From Thermoanaerobaculia bacterium (GTDB lineage: Bacteria; Acidobacteriota; Thermoanaerobaculia; UBA5066; Gp7-AA6): a DNA stretch of 64,000 nucleotides. Within the stretch, counting starts at the first letter, position 1, and each line of letters begins with the position of its first letter. The notes under the pieces were generated by a model that searched no databases, had not been told where the DNA came from, and worked only from the letters and a program-made list of their open reading frames with translations. A program made the position numbers and the translations under genes. Below are positions 47,320 to 58,515 of the stretch, in pieces. Where the stretch lies: positions 2,875 to 66,874 of the forward strand of contig JBHENW010000050.1 in NCBI GenBank assembly GCA_046261875.1. The letters run 5' to 3'.

Positions 47320-49478
47320 ATGATCGTGAGAACTGTCGCCGGCCCTCGGGTGATCGCCGCTTGCCTCGGTCTTTTCGTCGTCTCGCTGCTCTGGGCCGGC
47401 CCGGCACGAGCGCAGGGCGCGCACCCGGAACCGACCGCGACCCCATCCAGCGACGCCGCTCAAAAAAAGAGCGACGAAAAGAAAGAGTCCGAGACCCGAG
47501 TAAGAACGGAGATCACGGTCTCGGCCGAAGCCCCCCCCGGAAGACGGAGGTCAGCCCCGACATCCGGACCCTGCCCGCCAACAGCAGCATCCTGGGCGCC
47601 GGCGCCTTCGAGACGAAGCTGTACCGGGAGCCGGGCGAGGTCATCCGCTCACTCTCGGGCGTCGATTTCGTCTCTTACGGCCAGGGCGGAGTCCCGTCCG
47701 GGCCGTCCGTTCGGGGCTACACCGACCGCAATTTCGGGCAGGACATCGCGGGCTTCCTGGACGGCATCCCGCTCAACATCTTCGGCTTCGTGGCGTCTCA
47801 CGGTGCCATGGACATGACGATCCTCCCGCCCGAGGCGGTCGAGCGGGTGGAGCTCGTCCGGGGGCCTCTGGACGCGCGATTCGGCGACTTCCACCGTGGC
47901 GCGAGCGTGAATTTCGTGACGAAGGATGGCGTGGCCGCTCCCTCGATCGCTCTGAGCGGCGGAAGCTACGGGCAGAGGCGCGCCCTCGCGACGTTCGGCA
48001 ACGCGGACCCGGGGGTTCGCAAGCTCAGCCTCATGGCCAGCGTGGACGCGCAGGGGAACGACGGGTACAGCGAGAACCAGAAGGTGGAACGCCTCCGCGT
48101 GTTCGGCAAGGCGGTGATTCCGCTGGGTCAGACCGATCTCGCCATCACGGGATTGCACTTCACGAGCGAGTGGGACGCGCCGAGCTATCTCGACCTCGCG
48201 GACATCCGCAGCGGGCGGGTCGACGAACGGGACGCCGTCAACCCGACCGACGGGGGGGAGCAGGACCAGACGCTCGTCTACCTGCGCTTCCGGCACGCCC
48301 CGGACACTCCGTCTCCCCTGGTCTTCACCGCCTACGGGAGCCAGAAGGACTGGACCCGCTACCGCTCGGATTTTCTGATCAGCCCGGCGCAGCGCCAGAC
48401 GCACCAGAACGACCAGCGCACGACCTTGGGTTGTCGGCTCGAAAAGAGCTTCGGTCTGTCGCTCGGCGCTCATCGCCTCCTGGTGCTCCTCGGGACGACG
48501 CTCCAGCGTGACGACGCGGAGACCCGGCAGAACGCGACGATCAACCGCGAGCTGTTCAGCCGGACGGACGACGTCGATGAGCTTTTGATGAACATCGGGG
48601 CCTACACGCAGGTCCAGTGGGCGCCGACGCCGTGGATGAAGGTGTTGGGGGGCGTTCGGTACTCGCACCTCGACTACGAGCTGGAGGACAACATCCGTGC
48701 GCCCGGGACCTACGTCGACTCGTACTCGGATGACCAGATCAGTCCCAAGTTCGGCATCTCCGTCGAACCGATTCGGAACGTCGAGCTCTATGCGAACTAC
48801 GCGACCGGAATGCGCTCGCCCACGCCGCGCACCGAGGTCCGCAACAGCCTCGGCAGCATCGCCAGAGTCGAGATCGCGGAAACGGAGAGCTTCGAGGTGG
48901 GTGTGACGGCGCGCGTTCTCGACCGGCTCCATTTCCATGCGGACGTCTTCCGGGCCGACAACAGCAACGAGATCCGGGGCATACCGCCGGGCGGCGTCCA
49001 GTTCGAGAGCCTGGGCGCTTCGCGGCGCGAGGGCATCGATTTCGAAGTCAACTGGTTTCCGGGGCCCTCGACGCGGGTCTTTGCCGGGCTCTCCTGGGTC
49101 GACGTGGTTCTTCAGACTCCGGTGACGCCGGCCGCGAATCATCTCCCCGACATCCCCGACTATGTCCACCAGGCCGGAGCCGAGACGCAACTCGACGCTC
49201 CGGGGAGCCTCCCGGGCCGGTTAACCCTCGCGGCCGACCTGTCACTGTACGGGAATCGCAATCTCAACACCCTCGGCACGCTGCAAAGCCAGAAGTACGA
49301 GCGCGCGACGGCCAAGGTGGTCTACCACGGCGAGCGCAGCTATCGCGTCTGGCTCGGGAGCGTCTGGTATCCGGGCTCGCGCTACGGCGAATCAGCCTTT
49401 CTTTTCGGGTCGAGGGTCGGTGTGCGGGCGAACCCCCGGCTCACGGTCGAGGGAGGAGTCGCCTACACTTTCGAGTGA
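47320..49478 (+). CDS. TonB-dependent outer-membrane receptor; frameshift at a C8 homopolymer (47531-47538) separates the signal peptide from the plug/barrel
   Basis: ATG at 47320 with RBS GGGGGAGGAG. Signal peptide MIVRTVAGPRVIAACLGLFVVSLLWAGPARA in frame 1. Plug and barrel (VDFVSYGQGG, IPLNIFGFVASHG..., C-terminal ...GVAYTFE) in frame 0 of the 47361..49478 ORF. Confidence 0.7.
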
Positions 49479-50035
49479 AACAGGAGACCGCCGCGCCGGA
49501 CATCGCCGTGGAGGAGAAACCGAGGGGGAGGTCACGCCGCGGGCTCATTTACCTGCTCTTTCCTCTCGTCGTTCTCGGCGCGGGGCTCGCGCTCGCTCCC
49601 GAGCGTCTCCCGCGGTTCCTTCTGGGGTTCGCGTACAGGGGGCCGCTCGTCGAGACGGTGCGATGGCGTGAGTGGGTCGAGCGAAATCCCACCCTGTTCG
49701 GGCCTCTGGGAGAGACGGCGCGGTTCGCGATCGTCGAAAGTCCCGAAGACTCGACCGGCCTGCTCTTCACCCGGGGGCCGGATGGCGTGCGCGTGGAAAA
49801 AACCCACTTCCTTCAGTTCCAAGGCATCCCGGTCATGCTGGCGATGCCTCCGACGGCAGCCGAAGAGCTTCTGCGGCTGGATCAGCGGGAGGGCAACAAG
49901 TTCTGGGACGGCGTGAAATTCCTCGTGCAGACTCGCCGGATCATCGCGTACGTACGCGCTCCACGCGCCGAGCTCGATCGCGTCGGTCTGACCGGCTTTC
50001 TCCAGGTGCTCGACGCCATTCCACCCAAATCCTAG
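49475..50035 (+). CDS. Hypothetical membrane-anchored protein, translationally coupled to the TonB receptor
   Basis: GTG overlaps the receptor stop (GTGA). N-terminal TM LIYLLFPLVVLGAGLALA. Confidence 0.45.
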   Translation: MKQETAAPDIAVEEKPRGRSRRGLIYLLFPLVVLGAGLALAPERLPRFLLGFAYRGPLVETVRWREWVERNPTLFGPLGETARFAIVESPEDSTGLLFTRGPDGVRVEKTHFLQFQGIPVMLAMPPTAAEELLRLDQREGNKFWDGVKFLVQTRRIIAYVRAPRAELDRVGLTGFLQVLDAIPPKS

Positions 50036-50046
50036 GCTCGGTGCGC

Positions 50047-50394
50047 CTATCCGCCCGGCGGTGATGGGAACAGCCGCCGGAGGGAGTCGCGCAGGGCCCG
50101 ACCGCGGCGCGTCAGGCGGTACTCCGTACGGGGATGGTCCTCGTCCTCGGCCTGACGCCGGATGAGGCCCACCTGTTCGAGCTCCTGGAGCCGGACGGTG
50201 AGGGTCGAGGACGAGAGCCCCCCGAGCTGCTCCTGGATCTCGTTGAAGTGCGCCAGTCCGCGAGCCGCCACCACGTTCAACACCTGGAGGGCATGGCGGC
50301 GTCCGACGGCCTGGACGAGAGGCTCCAGGACGCAATAACAGGAACCGATCTCCGAATCGGCGATGACGCAGCCGCAGTCCCCGGCGTCCGTCAT
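50047..50394 (-). CDS. HxlR-type winged-helix transcriptional regulator with N-terminal Cys cluster
   Basis: 115 aa. CGCV...CYCV, then RHALQVLNVVAARGLAHFNEIQEQLGGLSSSTLTVRLQELEQVGLIRR. Confidence 0.7.
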   Translation of the reverse strand: MTDAGDCGCVIADSEIGSCYCVLEPLVQAVGRRHALQVLNVVAARGLAHFNEIQEQLGGLSSSTLTVRLQELEQVGLIRRQAEDEDHPRTEYRLTRRGRALRDSLRRLFPSPPGG

Positions 50395-50447
50395 CCGTCG
50401 AGTTTATGCCGCGCCCAATCGCACCGCCCCCTCGTTAGACTGGCGCG

Positions 50448-51239
50448 GTGGAGCCCCGGCGCATCGTCTCGCTCTGCCCTTCGATTACCGAGACGCTCGT
50501 CGCGATCGGCGCCTACCCGCGCCTGGTCGGGATCACCCGGTACTGCGTGCGTCCGAAGGGGATGCTCTGGAGAGTCCCGAAGATCGGCGGGACGAAGAAC
50601 CCGGACGTCTCGAGGATCTTCGACCTGCGCCCGGACCTGGTCTTCGCCAACCAGGAAGAGAACCGGATCGAGGACGTCCGGGCCCTGGAAGCGAAGGGAA
50701 TCGCCGTGGACGTGACGTTCCCCACGCGTGTTGCGGAAGTGCCGGCGGCGATCCGGCACTGGGGGGAGCTCCTCGGGGGCGCCGAGGAGGCGGAAGCGCT
50801 GGCCCGGCGTATCGAGCGGGAGGCCGAAGCGCTGGGTGGCCCGGCCGCCCGGCCGTTCCTCTACGCCTGCTGGATCTGGAAGGACCCGTGGATGTCGGTC
50901 TCCGACGACACGTACGTGGCCGACCTCCTGCGGCTGGCCGGCGGCGTCAACGTATTCGGAGGCGCGGCCGACCCGTATCCGCGGGCGGAGCCGTCCGGGC
51001 CGGAGTCCCGGCGGGCGGAAGTGCATTTTTTCCCGAGCGAGCCGTACCCGTTCCGGGAAGAGCAGCACGCGGCCATGACGGAGGAGCTCTTCGGCGGAAC
51101 GCAGCGAATTTTTCTGGCGGGCGACGACCTGACGTGGCACGGGGCGAGGACACTCGAGGGTCTCGCCCTGGCCGGCCGTCTCCGTGGGCTGACCGGTGAA
51201 AGTCGAGAGCGGACGGCGCCCTTCAGCCCCGCCGGTTGA
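50448..51239 (+). CDS. Periplasmic-binding-protein (BtuF/FhuD, class III helical-backbone) family substrate-binding protein
   Basis: 263 aa. RIVSLCPSITETLVAIGA...LRPDLVFANQEEN pattern. Confidence 0.65.
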   Translation: MEPRRIVSLCPSITETLVAIGAYPRLVGITRYCVRPKGMLWRVPKIGGTKNPDVSRIFDLRPDLVFANQEENRIEDVRALEAKGIAVDVTFPTRVAEVPAAIRHWGELLGGAEEAEALARRIEREAEALGGPAARPFLYACWIWKDPWMSVSDDTYVADLLRLAGGVNVFGGAADPYPRAEPSGPESRRAEVHFFPSEPYPFREEQHAAMTEELFGGTQRIFLAGDDLTWHGARTLEGLALAGRLRGLTGESRERTAPFSPAG

Positions 51240-51825
51240 GGAGGTCCAGAAACTCCTCGCGCACCGGGCGGTCGTAGAAGATCCCGCGGATCGCGGAGGT
51301 GACCGTCAGCGCTCCGGGCTTCTTGACGCCGCGCATCTCGACACAGAGATGGCGCGCCTCGATGACGACCATGACGCCCTGCGGGTGGAGCTTGTCCGCC
51401 ATGAACTGCGCGACCTGTTCCGTCAGCCGCTCCTGGAGCTGCGGGCGCCGCGCATAGAACTCCAGGATGCGCGGCATCTTCGAGAGCCCGACGATCTTCT
51501 CGTTCGGGATGTAGGCGAGGTGCGCATGGCCGTAGAACGGGACGAAATGATGCGAGCACAGGGAATAGAACGGGATGTCCTTCTCCATGACCATGGCCTG
51601 GTAATGCTCGGAGTTGGGAAAGATCGTGATCTTCGGCTCCGCCCCCTCCGATAGCCCGTGGAACATCTCCAGGTACATCTTGGCGACACGGTCCGGCGTC
51701 TCGGTCAGGTTCGGGTCGTGCGGATCCAGCCCGAGGGTCTCGATGATGCCGCGAACGTGGCGGGCGATCTCCCGGACCTTCTTGGCCTCCTCGACGGGGG
51801 CGATGATGATGTCGGTCTCGCTCAT
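51223..51825 (-). CDS. folE: GTP cyclohydrolase I
   Basis: 200 aa. YSLCSHHFVPF and EARHLCVEMRGV motifs. Confidence 0.9.
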   Translation of the reverse strand: MSETDIIIAPVEEAKKVREIARHVRGIIETLGLDPHDPNLTETPDRVAKMYLEMFHGLSEGAEPKITIFPNSEHYQAMVMEKDIPFYSLCSHHFVPFYGHAHLAYIPNEKIVGLSKMPRILEFYARRPQLQERLTEQVAQFMADKLHPQGVMVVIEARHLCVEMRGVKKPGALTVTSAIRGIFYDRPVREEFLDLLNRRG

Positions 51826-51859
51826 GGCCGTGAGCCGCGCATTCTAGCCCTCCGGCGTC

Positions 51860-52969
51860 TCAGAGGATGGTCTTGCGGAACGCCCGGGTGCTCGCGGCCA
51901 CGAGCACGATCGCGATGGCGAAGAGCGCGAGGACGTGCGGCCAGAGGTCCAGGAACTGGGCGCCGCGGATGATGATCCCCCGTGAGATCGCGATGAAATG
52001 GGTCGCCGGGAGAACCTGGGCGGCCAAGCGCAGAGGCCCGGGCAGCGAAGAGAGCGGAAAGATGTAGCCCGACAGCATGATCGACGGCAGTAGGAAACCC
52101 TGCGCCACCTGGATCGCTTCCGTCTGCGTGCGCGCGCGCGAGGAGACGAGGAGACCGAGGGCCAGGAGCGAGAAAAGGTAGATGAAGGACAGCCCCAGCA
52201 ACAGCCAGATGCTGCCGTGGATCGGCACCTGGAACACCCAGCGCATGAGAAACAGGACGAGCAGGAGCTGCGCGAAGGCGACGGCGAGGTAGGGCAGGAG
52301 CTTCCCGAAGACGACGCCCACGGGCGAAGCGGGCGTCACCATGAGCTGCTCGAGCGTTCCCCGCTCCCGCTCGCGGACTATGGCGAAGGCGGCGAGCAGA
52401 GTCCCGGAGAAGGTCAGGAGGATGGCGATGAGTCCGGGGATCAGGAGGTTCGCCGTGCGTGAATCCGGATTGAAGAGCATCACGGGATGCACACGCAAGC
52501 TGAGGTTCTCGAAAGCCGCATCGTCGCCGAGGGTCTCTTCGAGCGAGCGGGCGAGGGCCAGGCCGTTGGCCGCGGCGAGCGTCTGCGAGGAGATCGTGGA
52601 ATCCGATCCGTCGATCGCCACGAGCACGTCGGCCGGACGACCCGCGAGGCGGTGCCGTGCGTAATCGGGGGGAATCTCGATGCCGACGGAAACGGTTCCG
52701 GCGACGATCATCGCGTAGAGCTCCGCGCGCGACGCCGCCTGGGCGACGATGTCGAAGTAGCTCGTGTTCTCGAATCCTCGGAGGAGCGCGCGGCTCTCTT
52801 CCGTCCGGCTCCAGTCCATCACGGCGGTCGGCACGTGCTGGACGTTCGTGTCGATGAGCCCGAAGAGGACGAGCTGGAATGCCGGCAGCGCGAGCGCGAA
52901 GCGGAGAGTCCCCTTGTCCCGAAGCATCTGCACCCACTCCTTGCGAAGCACCGCGCCCAGGCCCCTCAC
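51860..52969 (-). CDS. ABC-2 type exporter permease
   Basis: 369 aa, six TM segments, ABC-2 family pattern. Confidence 0.8.
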   Translation of the reverse strand: MRGLGAVLRKEWVQMLRDKGTLRFALALPAFQLVLFGLIDTNVQHVPTAVMDWSRTEESRALLRGFENTSYFDIVAQAASRAELYAMIVAGTVSVGIEIPPDYARHRLAGRPADVLVAIDGSDSTISSQTLAAANGLALARSLEETLGDDAAFENLSLRVHPVMLFNPDSRTANLLIPGLIAILLTFSGTLLAAFAIVRERERGTLEQLMVTPASPVGVVFGKLLPYLAVAFAQLLLVLFLMRWVFQVPIHGSIWLLLGLSFIYLFSLLALGLLVSSRARTQTEAIQVAQGFLLPSIMLSGYIFPLSSLPGPLRLAAQVLPATHFIAISRGIIIRGAQFLDLWPHVLALFAIAIVLVAASTRAFRKTIL

Positions 52970-53982
52970 GGCGCCGATCCCCCGCCCGGAACCGCCGACG
53001 CCGGCTCTTCGCCCCGCTTCTCCGCCTGGATCTTCGTGAGGCGGACGAAGACGTCCTCGAGAGAGGCGTCGATCGGCCGGATCGTCACGCCCGCGCGTGC
53101 CGCGCGCTCGAGGTCCGCCGCGATCCGACCGTCGTGCACGTCCGCCCGCACGAGGAGGTGGAGCGAATTGCCGAAGATCGTGACGTCCTCGACGTACGGG
53201 AGCCCGCGGGCGACGTTCATGACCGCCGCGACCCCCTTCTGGCAGTCCGCCTCGACCCTCCGGGTTCCCTCGGGCGTCACCTCCGGCAGGGCCGTCAGGT
53301 CCGCCGGATCGCCCTCGACGAGCTTGCGGGAGAGGTAGAGATAGGCGACGCGGCCGCAGCGCTCCGCCTCGTCCATGTAGTGCGTCGTGACGAACAGTGT
53401 GACGTGCTCCGCGGCGAGCGTGAAGAGGAGGTTCCAGAGCTCGCGCCGGGCGACGGGGTCGATCCCGGCGGTCGGCTCATCGAGGAAGAGGACGCGCGGT
53501 TCGTGCATGAGCGCCGCCGCGAGCGCGAGACGCTGTTTCCAGCCTCCCGAGAGCTGGCCGGCGAGCCGGTCCCGGTAAGGCCCGATGGAAGTCAGCCCGA
53601 TCGCCCAGTCGCGGCGCTCGGTTAGCCGGGGTCCCTGGAGCCGGTACACCGAAGCGAAGAAGTCCAGGTTCTCCCGGACGGTCAGGTCTTCGTAGAGCGA
53701 GAACCGCTGGGGGACGTAGCCGATGCGGCGACGCACCTCCTCGCCCTGCCCGGCGACGTCGAGACCGTCGACCCGGGCGCGGCCCTCCGTCGGGGCCAGC
53801 AGGCCGCAGAGGATCCGGATGAGCGTGGACTTGCCCGATCCGTTCGGCCCGAGCAGGCCGTAGATCTCTCCGCGGCGCACAGCCAGGGAGACGCGGTCGA
53901 GCGCGCGCACCTTGCCGAAGTCCCGCGAGATCCCTTCGACCTCGATCCCGTAGTCCGGAGGCGTGGAGGACATCGCTCTCAT
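52966..53982 (-). CDS. ABC transporter ATP-binding protein
   Basis: [14 protein letters not shown] Walker [13 protein letters not shown] signature, [11 protein letters not shown] Walker B. Confidence 0.85.
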   Translation of the reverse strand: MRAMSSTPPDYGIEVEGISRDFGKVRALDRVSLAVRRGEIYGLLGPNGSGKSTLIRILCGLLAPTEGRARVDGLDVAGQGEEVRRRIGYVPQRFSLYEDLTVRENLDFFASVYRLQGPRLTERRDWAIGLTSIGPYRDRLAGQLSGGWKQRLALAAALMHEPRVLFLDEPTAGIDPVARRELWNLLFTLAAEHVTLFVTTHYMDEAERCGRVAYLYLSRKLVEGDPADLTALPEVTPEGTRRVEADCQKGVAAVMNVARGLPYVEDVTIFGNSLHLLVRADVHDGRIAADLERAARAGVTIRPIDASLEDVFVRLTKIQAEKRGEEPASAVPGGGSAP

Positions 53983-54911
53983 TCCTCCAGGCGCACGATC
54001 GCAGCCATGCCCGGCCTCAGGTCTCCCGGGTCGTCGATGGCGACCTTCACCCCGAAGACCTGGTCCATGCGCTGCTGTAGGGTCTGCACGTTGCGCGGCG
54101 TGTACTCCGCCTGGTTGCCGATCTCGACGACGCGTCCCGGAAACTCCCGCCCCGGAAAAGAGTCCACTCGCAGGTGCGCCTTCTGGCCCACCCGGACGCG
54201 GCCGAGGGAAGGCTCGGGCACATAAACGCGGACCCAGAGCTGTCCCGGCTCAAGAAGCCGCGCGACGGGCTGCTGCACCGCGACGAGATCGCCCGGCCGC
54301 AGGTCGAAGACCTCGACGGTTCCCCCCGCCGGGGCGCGCACGACCGCCTCCGCTTTCTGGCGCATCGCGTAGGCCAGCCGTCCTTCCTCCCGTGCGACGG
54401 CGGCTTCCGCCGCGTCGATGTCCTCCGGCCGGCTGCCGCGCGCGCGCTCCCGGTACAGCTCGAGCGCTGTGCGCGCGCGCGTGGCGGCCTCGTCGTACTG
54501 CTGGCGGCCGATGATGCCCTCGGCGAGCAGCCTTTCCAGGCGTCTGCGGTTGCTCTCGGCGTTGTCCCAGTCCGCCCGGGCCCGCGCGGTCTCCTCCGAC
54601 CGAGGTCCGCGCTGCGCCCGCGTCCGGATCGCGCGCGCTTCGTCCACGCGCGCCTGCTGCTCCCGGATCTGCGCGTCGATCAGGTCCGTCTCGAGCGTCA
54701 CGAGCGGCTGCCCGGCCGTGACTTGATCGCCTTCGTCGACGTGAACCTCCCGCACCCGGCCTCCGACGAGCGATCCCACGCCGACGTCCCGCGCCTCGAT
54801 CGTTCCGGAGAGGAGCAGCGGCTTCGCCCGCTCCGGCGGCCGGAGGGCCCAGAAGACGCCGGCGGCCGCGAGCAGAAGGATCACGATCGCGAGGACCACC
54901 CGCTTTGGTTT
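53979..54911 (-). CDS. HlyD-family membrane fusion protein
   Basis: ATG ([20 protein letters not shown]) 1 nt into the tetR stop. Coiled-coil and beta-barrel MFP domains. Confidence 0.8.
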   Translation of the reverse strand, partial: KPKRVVLAIVILLLAAAGVFWALRPPERAKPLLLSGTIEARDVGVGSLVGGRVREVHVDEGDQVTAGQPLVTLETDLIDAQIREQQARVDEARAIRTRAQRGPRSEETARARADWDNAESNRRRLERLLAEGIIGRQQYDEAATRARTALELYRERARGSRPEDIDAAEAAVAREEGRLAYAMRQKAEAVVRAPAGGTVEVFDLRPGDLVAVQQPVARLLEPGQLWVRVYVPEPSLGRVRVGQKAHLRVDSFPGREFPGRVVEIGNQAEYTPRNVQTLQQRMDQVFGVKVAIDDPGDLRPGMAAIVRLEE

Positions 54912-55534
54912 CATCGCTTCCTCCCCTTCGCGAGGGCTCCTTGCGTCCAGATCGAGATGACCGTGTCGATGTAGCGCGGGAGGGGCATTGCTGGCTGGAC
55001 GCCGACGACGCGATGGAGAAACACGTACGCGTGGAGCGCGCCGAGGAACGCCAGGGCCGCCCCCCGCGCATCGTCTCCGCGGAAGGTGCCCGCTTCCCGC
55101 GCGCGGATCAGGAATCGCTCGAGCAGCGTCAGGAACCGCCGCGGGGGAGACTCGGCGGAGCGGGGATCGAAGGGGAGCCGGAGGGACGGGTTTCCGCCGG
55201 TGTTCGCGCGGAGCCACTCGACGAAGCTCTCGCCGATCTTCTTCTCCATGAAGGGGACCCAGCGCTCGGCGAGACGCCGCAGGGAGGCGGCCGGCGCGCG
55301 CGGGTCGATCTGCGCGAAGAGCTCGAGGAGCGATACGGCTTCGCCGCGGCCGGAGGCCATCGCGGCCCGGAACAGCGCCTCCTTGGTCGGCTCGTGGCGG
55401 AGGAGGGCGGCGGCACTCACCCCCACGCGGCGGCCGATGTCGGCGAGCGTCGCCCCTTCGTACCCCCGCGTGGCGAAGGCCTCGCGGGCGGCTTCGAGGA
55501 CGGCGTCGCGGGTGACCCGGGGGGATCGGCCCAT
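54911..55534 (-). CDS. TetR/AcrR-family transcriptional regulator
   Basis: 207 aa. HTH ATLADIGRRVGVSAAALLRHEPTKEALF. Confidence 0.85.
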   Translation of the reverse strand: MGRSPRVTRDAVLEAAREAFATRGYEGATLADIGRRVGVSAAALLRHEPTKEALFRAAMASGRGEAVSLLELFAQIDPRAPAASLRRLAERWVPFMEKKIGESFVEWLRANTGGNPSLRLPFDPRSAESPPRRFLTLLERFLIRAREAGTFRGDDARGAALAFLGALHAYVFLHRVVGVQPAMPLPRYIDTVISIWTQGALAKGRKR

Positions 55535-55619
55535 GTAAATAACTATACGTTAATTTATAAACTATGTCTGGCTGTCCCGGTTCGGGCGGGTTCCCCAGGG
55601 AGCTCGGGAGTGGGGAGCG

Positions 55620-57356
55620 CTAAGGCGCGGCGAGCGGGACCCCCCGGCGCGCGGTGAGCCACCGCTCGAGCTCTTCGGCGCTCCGTGCATTGAGCGTGGC
55701 TTCGGGAGTGACCCAGCCCTTGCGGGCGATCCCGACGCCGTACGGGACGAGCTCGAGCTCGCGAATCGAGTGCGCGTCGGGGTCGATCGAGATGAGGACG
55801 CCCCGTTCCACCGCGCGGCGGCCCAGCCGCCAGTCCAGCTCGAGACGGTGGGGGTTGCAGTTCATCTCGATGGCGCACCCGGACTCCGCGGCGGCGTCGA
55901 TGACCGCCTCGGCGTCCACCGCAATCGGCTCCCGGGAGAGGAGCAGCCTCCCGGTCGGGTGTCCCAGGACGGAGACGAGAGGATTCCGCACGGCGCGGAC
56001 GAGCCGCTCCGTCTGCTCCTCGCGGGACAGGCCGAAGCGGGAATGGACCGATGCCACGACGACGTCGAAGATCGGGAGGAACTCGTCACCGAAGTCGATC
56101 GAGCCGTCCGCGAGGATGTCGGCTTCCGTTCCGTGGAAGATGCGGAAGCCGGGAACCCGGCGCCGCAGAGACCGGATCGCCTCGCGCTGCGCGCGGACGC
56201 GGGCGGGCGTGAGCCCCCCGGCGTACGAGGCCGTCTCGCTGTGATCCGTGATCGCCGCATACGAATAACCGGAAGTCCGCATGGCAGCCACCATCTCCTC
56301 GACGGAGTGGCGGCCGTCGGACTCGGTCGTGTGGACGTGGATGAGGCCGCGGAGATCCGAATCCTGGACGAGCCGCGGCAGGTCGCCCCGCTCCGCCGCC
56401 TCGATCTCGCCCCGTCCCTCGCGCAGCTCCGGCTCGATGTAGCCGAGGCCGAGCGCCCGGTAGATGTCCGCTTCCCTCGCGCACGGGATGCGGCGATCGC
56501 CGCTCTCGGAGTAGAGGCCGTATTCGTTGAGCTTGAGCCCCTTCCGCCGCGCGCGTCCCCGGAGAGCCGTATTGTGCTCTTTCGAGCCCGTGAAATAGAG
56601 CAGCGCCGCGGGAAGGTCCTCCGGGTCGACGATCCGAAGGTCCGCGGAAAGGCCGTCGTGGAATCGGACGCTCACCTTGGTCGGACCATCCGCGAGGACC
56701 TCCGTCACCCCGGGAAGCGCCTTGAAAGCCCCGGCGACCGCCGCGGGCTTTCGCGCGGTCGCCACGAGGTCGATGTCGCGAATGACCTCGAGCCGACGCC
56801 GCAGGCTGCCCGCGATCTCCAATCGGTCGGCCAGACCCCGCAGGGCGGCGACGGCGTCTTCGGCCCGGGCGCGCGCCCGATGGTAGTGGTGATACCCGGC
56901 GCTCGCCCGCATGACCGCGATGCTCTTCAGGATCTTCTCCGCGCTTCGGGGACCGAACCCCTTCACCGCGGCGACGGTGCCATCCCGGCAGGCCCGTTCG
57001 AGGGACGCCAGGGAATCGATGCCGATCGCCTGGTAGAGCTGTTTCGCTTTGCGCGCACCGAATCCGGGGATGCGGAGACACTCGCGCAGTCCCGGAGGAA
57101 ACGCGGCTCGCAGCTCCGCGTGGTAGGGGAGGGCGCCCGTCTCGACGAGCGTCCGGATGTTCGAGAAGAGGCCGGCACCGATGCCGCGGACGTTCCGAAG
57201 CTCGCCGGTGCGAACCGCCTCGTCGAGATCGCCGCCGAAGGCGAGCACGGCCCGGGCACCGTTTTCGTACGCGCGGACCTTGAAAGGGTTCTCGCCTTTC
57301 AGCTCGAGCATGGCGGCGATCTCTTCGAGGATTCGCGCCACCTCCCGCCGGTCCAC
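55620..57356 (-). CDS. polX: DNA polymerase X family protein with C-terminal PHP domain
   Basis: 578 aa. HhH motifs (VRGIGAGL, IPGFGARKAKQL), Pol-beta nucleotidyltransferase (GSLRRRLEVIRDIDLV), PHP motifs (HVHTTESDG...DHS). Confidence 0.85.
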   Translation of the reverse strand: MDRREVARILEEIAAMLELKGENPFKVRAYENGARAVLAFGGDLDEAVRTGELRNVRGIGAGLFSNIRTLVETGALPYHAELRAAFPPGLRECLRIPGFGARKAKQLYQAIGIDSLASLERACRDGTVAAVKGFGPRSAEKILKSIAVMRASAGYHHYHRARARAEDAVAALRGLADRLEIAGSLRRRLEVIRDIDLVATARKPAAVAGAFKALPGVTEVLADGPTKVSVRFHDGLSADLRIVDPEDLPAALLYFTGSKEHNTALRGRARRKGLKLNEYGLYSESGDRRIPCAREADIYRALGLGYIEPELREGRGEIEAAERGDLPRLVQDSDLRGLIHVHTTESDGRHSVEEMVAAMRTSGYSYAAITDHSETASYAGGLTPARVRAQREAIRSLRRRVPGFRIFHGTEADILADGSIDFGDEFLPIFDVVVASVHSRFGLSREEQTERLVRAVRNPLVSVLGHPTGRLLLSREPIAVDAEAVIDAAAESGCAIEMNCNPHRLELDWRLGRRAVERGVLISIDPDAHSIRELELVPYGVGIARKGWVTPEATLNARSAEELERWLTARRGVPLAAP

Positions 57357-57422
57357 GCGCGGATTCTATGGGGCGGTGGCGGGAATGCTTGTTGCAGACG
57401 CAACCGGGCAAGGAGGACCCTC

Positions 57423-57632
57423 ATGGCGAGAGTCGCGAAGATCATCGAACTGGTCTGTTCGTCACCCAAGAGCTGGGAAGACGCCGTGCGCAACGGGATT
57501 GCCGAAGCCTCGAAGACGGTGCGAGGGATCCGCGGGGTGGACGTGCAGGATTGGACAGCGAGCGTCGAGGGCGACCAGATCCGCGAGTACAAGGTGAACC
57601 TCAAGATCGCATTCGGGGTCGAAGCCGAGTAA
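57423..57632 (+). CDS. Dodecin-family flavin-binding protein
   Basis: 69 aa, MARVAKIIELVCSSPKSWEDAVRNGIAEASKTVRGIRGVDVQDW... Confidence 0.65.
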   Translation: MARVAKIIELVCSSPKSWEDAVRNGIAEASKTVRGIRGVDVQDWTASVEGDQIREYKVNLKIAFGVEAE

Positions 57633-57690
57633 GGCTCCTGCGGCCGCGAGCTCAAGACGTCGTCCCGCTCGGGGTTAACATCACCCACCG

Positions 57691-58515
57691 GTGCGCGTCG
57701 ATCTACACACCCATTCCTCGGTTTCGGACGGGCTCGACTCGCCCGCCGAGCTGGTGCGCCTCATGTCCTACGCGGGCATCGATGCGTTCGCGCTGACGGA
57801 CCACGACACGCTCCAGGGCCTGCCCGAGGCGCGCGAGGAGGCGCAGCGGCTCGGCGTCGAGGTGATCGCCGGCGCCGAGATCTCCGCCAACTTCGGCGGC
57901 AGCGACGACATCCACATCCTCGCGCTCTTCGTGGATGAAGGGCACGCGGGCTTGCGGGCGACCCTGTCGGAGCGCCAGGAGTACCGGCGGACGCGGGGGG
58001 AACGGATGGCGCGGAAGCTCATCGACGCCGGCTATGCCATCGACCTGGTGGCGATCCGCGACGAGGTGGGAGGCGGCGTGTGGGGCCGGCCTCATCTGGC
58101 CCGGGCGCTCGTCCGCGCCGGCTACGCCACGGATCTGGATAACGCGTTCGACCGTTTCCTGGGGCACGATCACCCGTGGTACGTCCCATACGAGAAGTGG
58201 CCGGCCGTGGAGGTCGTGCACGCCGTCCGGGAGGCCGGCGGCGTTTCTTCGCTGGCCCACGCCGTCTGGTACCCGGACGTGGAAGGTATGGTGCGCACCC
58301 TCGCGGCGGAAGGTCTCGACGCCATGGAGGTCTTCCACCCGGATCACGGCCCCGAGGAGGAAGCCCGGTTCGGCGCCCTGGTGCGCGAGCTCGGCCTCGC
58401 CGCGACCGCGGGGAGCGACTTTCACGGCGCTCCCGAAGGGCGCAAGCACCCCGGCGGGGTCTGGGGTGATGCAGAGATGCTCGGGATTCTGCGCGCCCGC
58501 GCCCAGCGGGAATGA
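57691..58515 (+). CDS. PHP-domain metal-dependent phosphoesterase (TrpH/YciV-like)
   Basis: MRVDLHTHSSVSDG...ALTDHDT...HPD... motifs. Confidence 0.8.
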   Translation: MRVDLHTHSSVSDGLDSPAELVRLMSYAGIDAFALTDHDTLQGLPEAREEAQRLGVEVIAGAEISANFGGSDDIHILALFVDEGHAGLRATLSERQEYRRTRGERMARKLIDAGYAIDLVAIRDEVGGGVWGRPHLARALVRAGYATDLDNAFDRFLGHDHPWYVPYEKWPAVEVVHAVREAGGVSSLAHAVWYPDVEGMVRTLAAEGLDAMEVFHPDHGPEEEARFGALVRELGLAATAGSDFHGAPEGRKHPGGVWGDAEMLGILRARAQRE

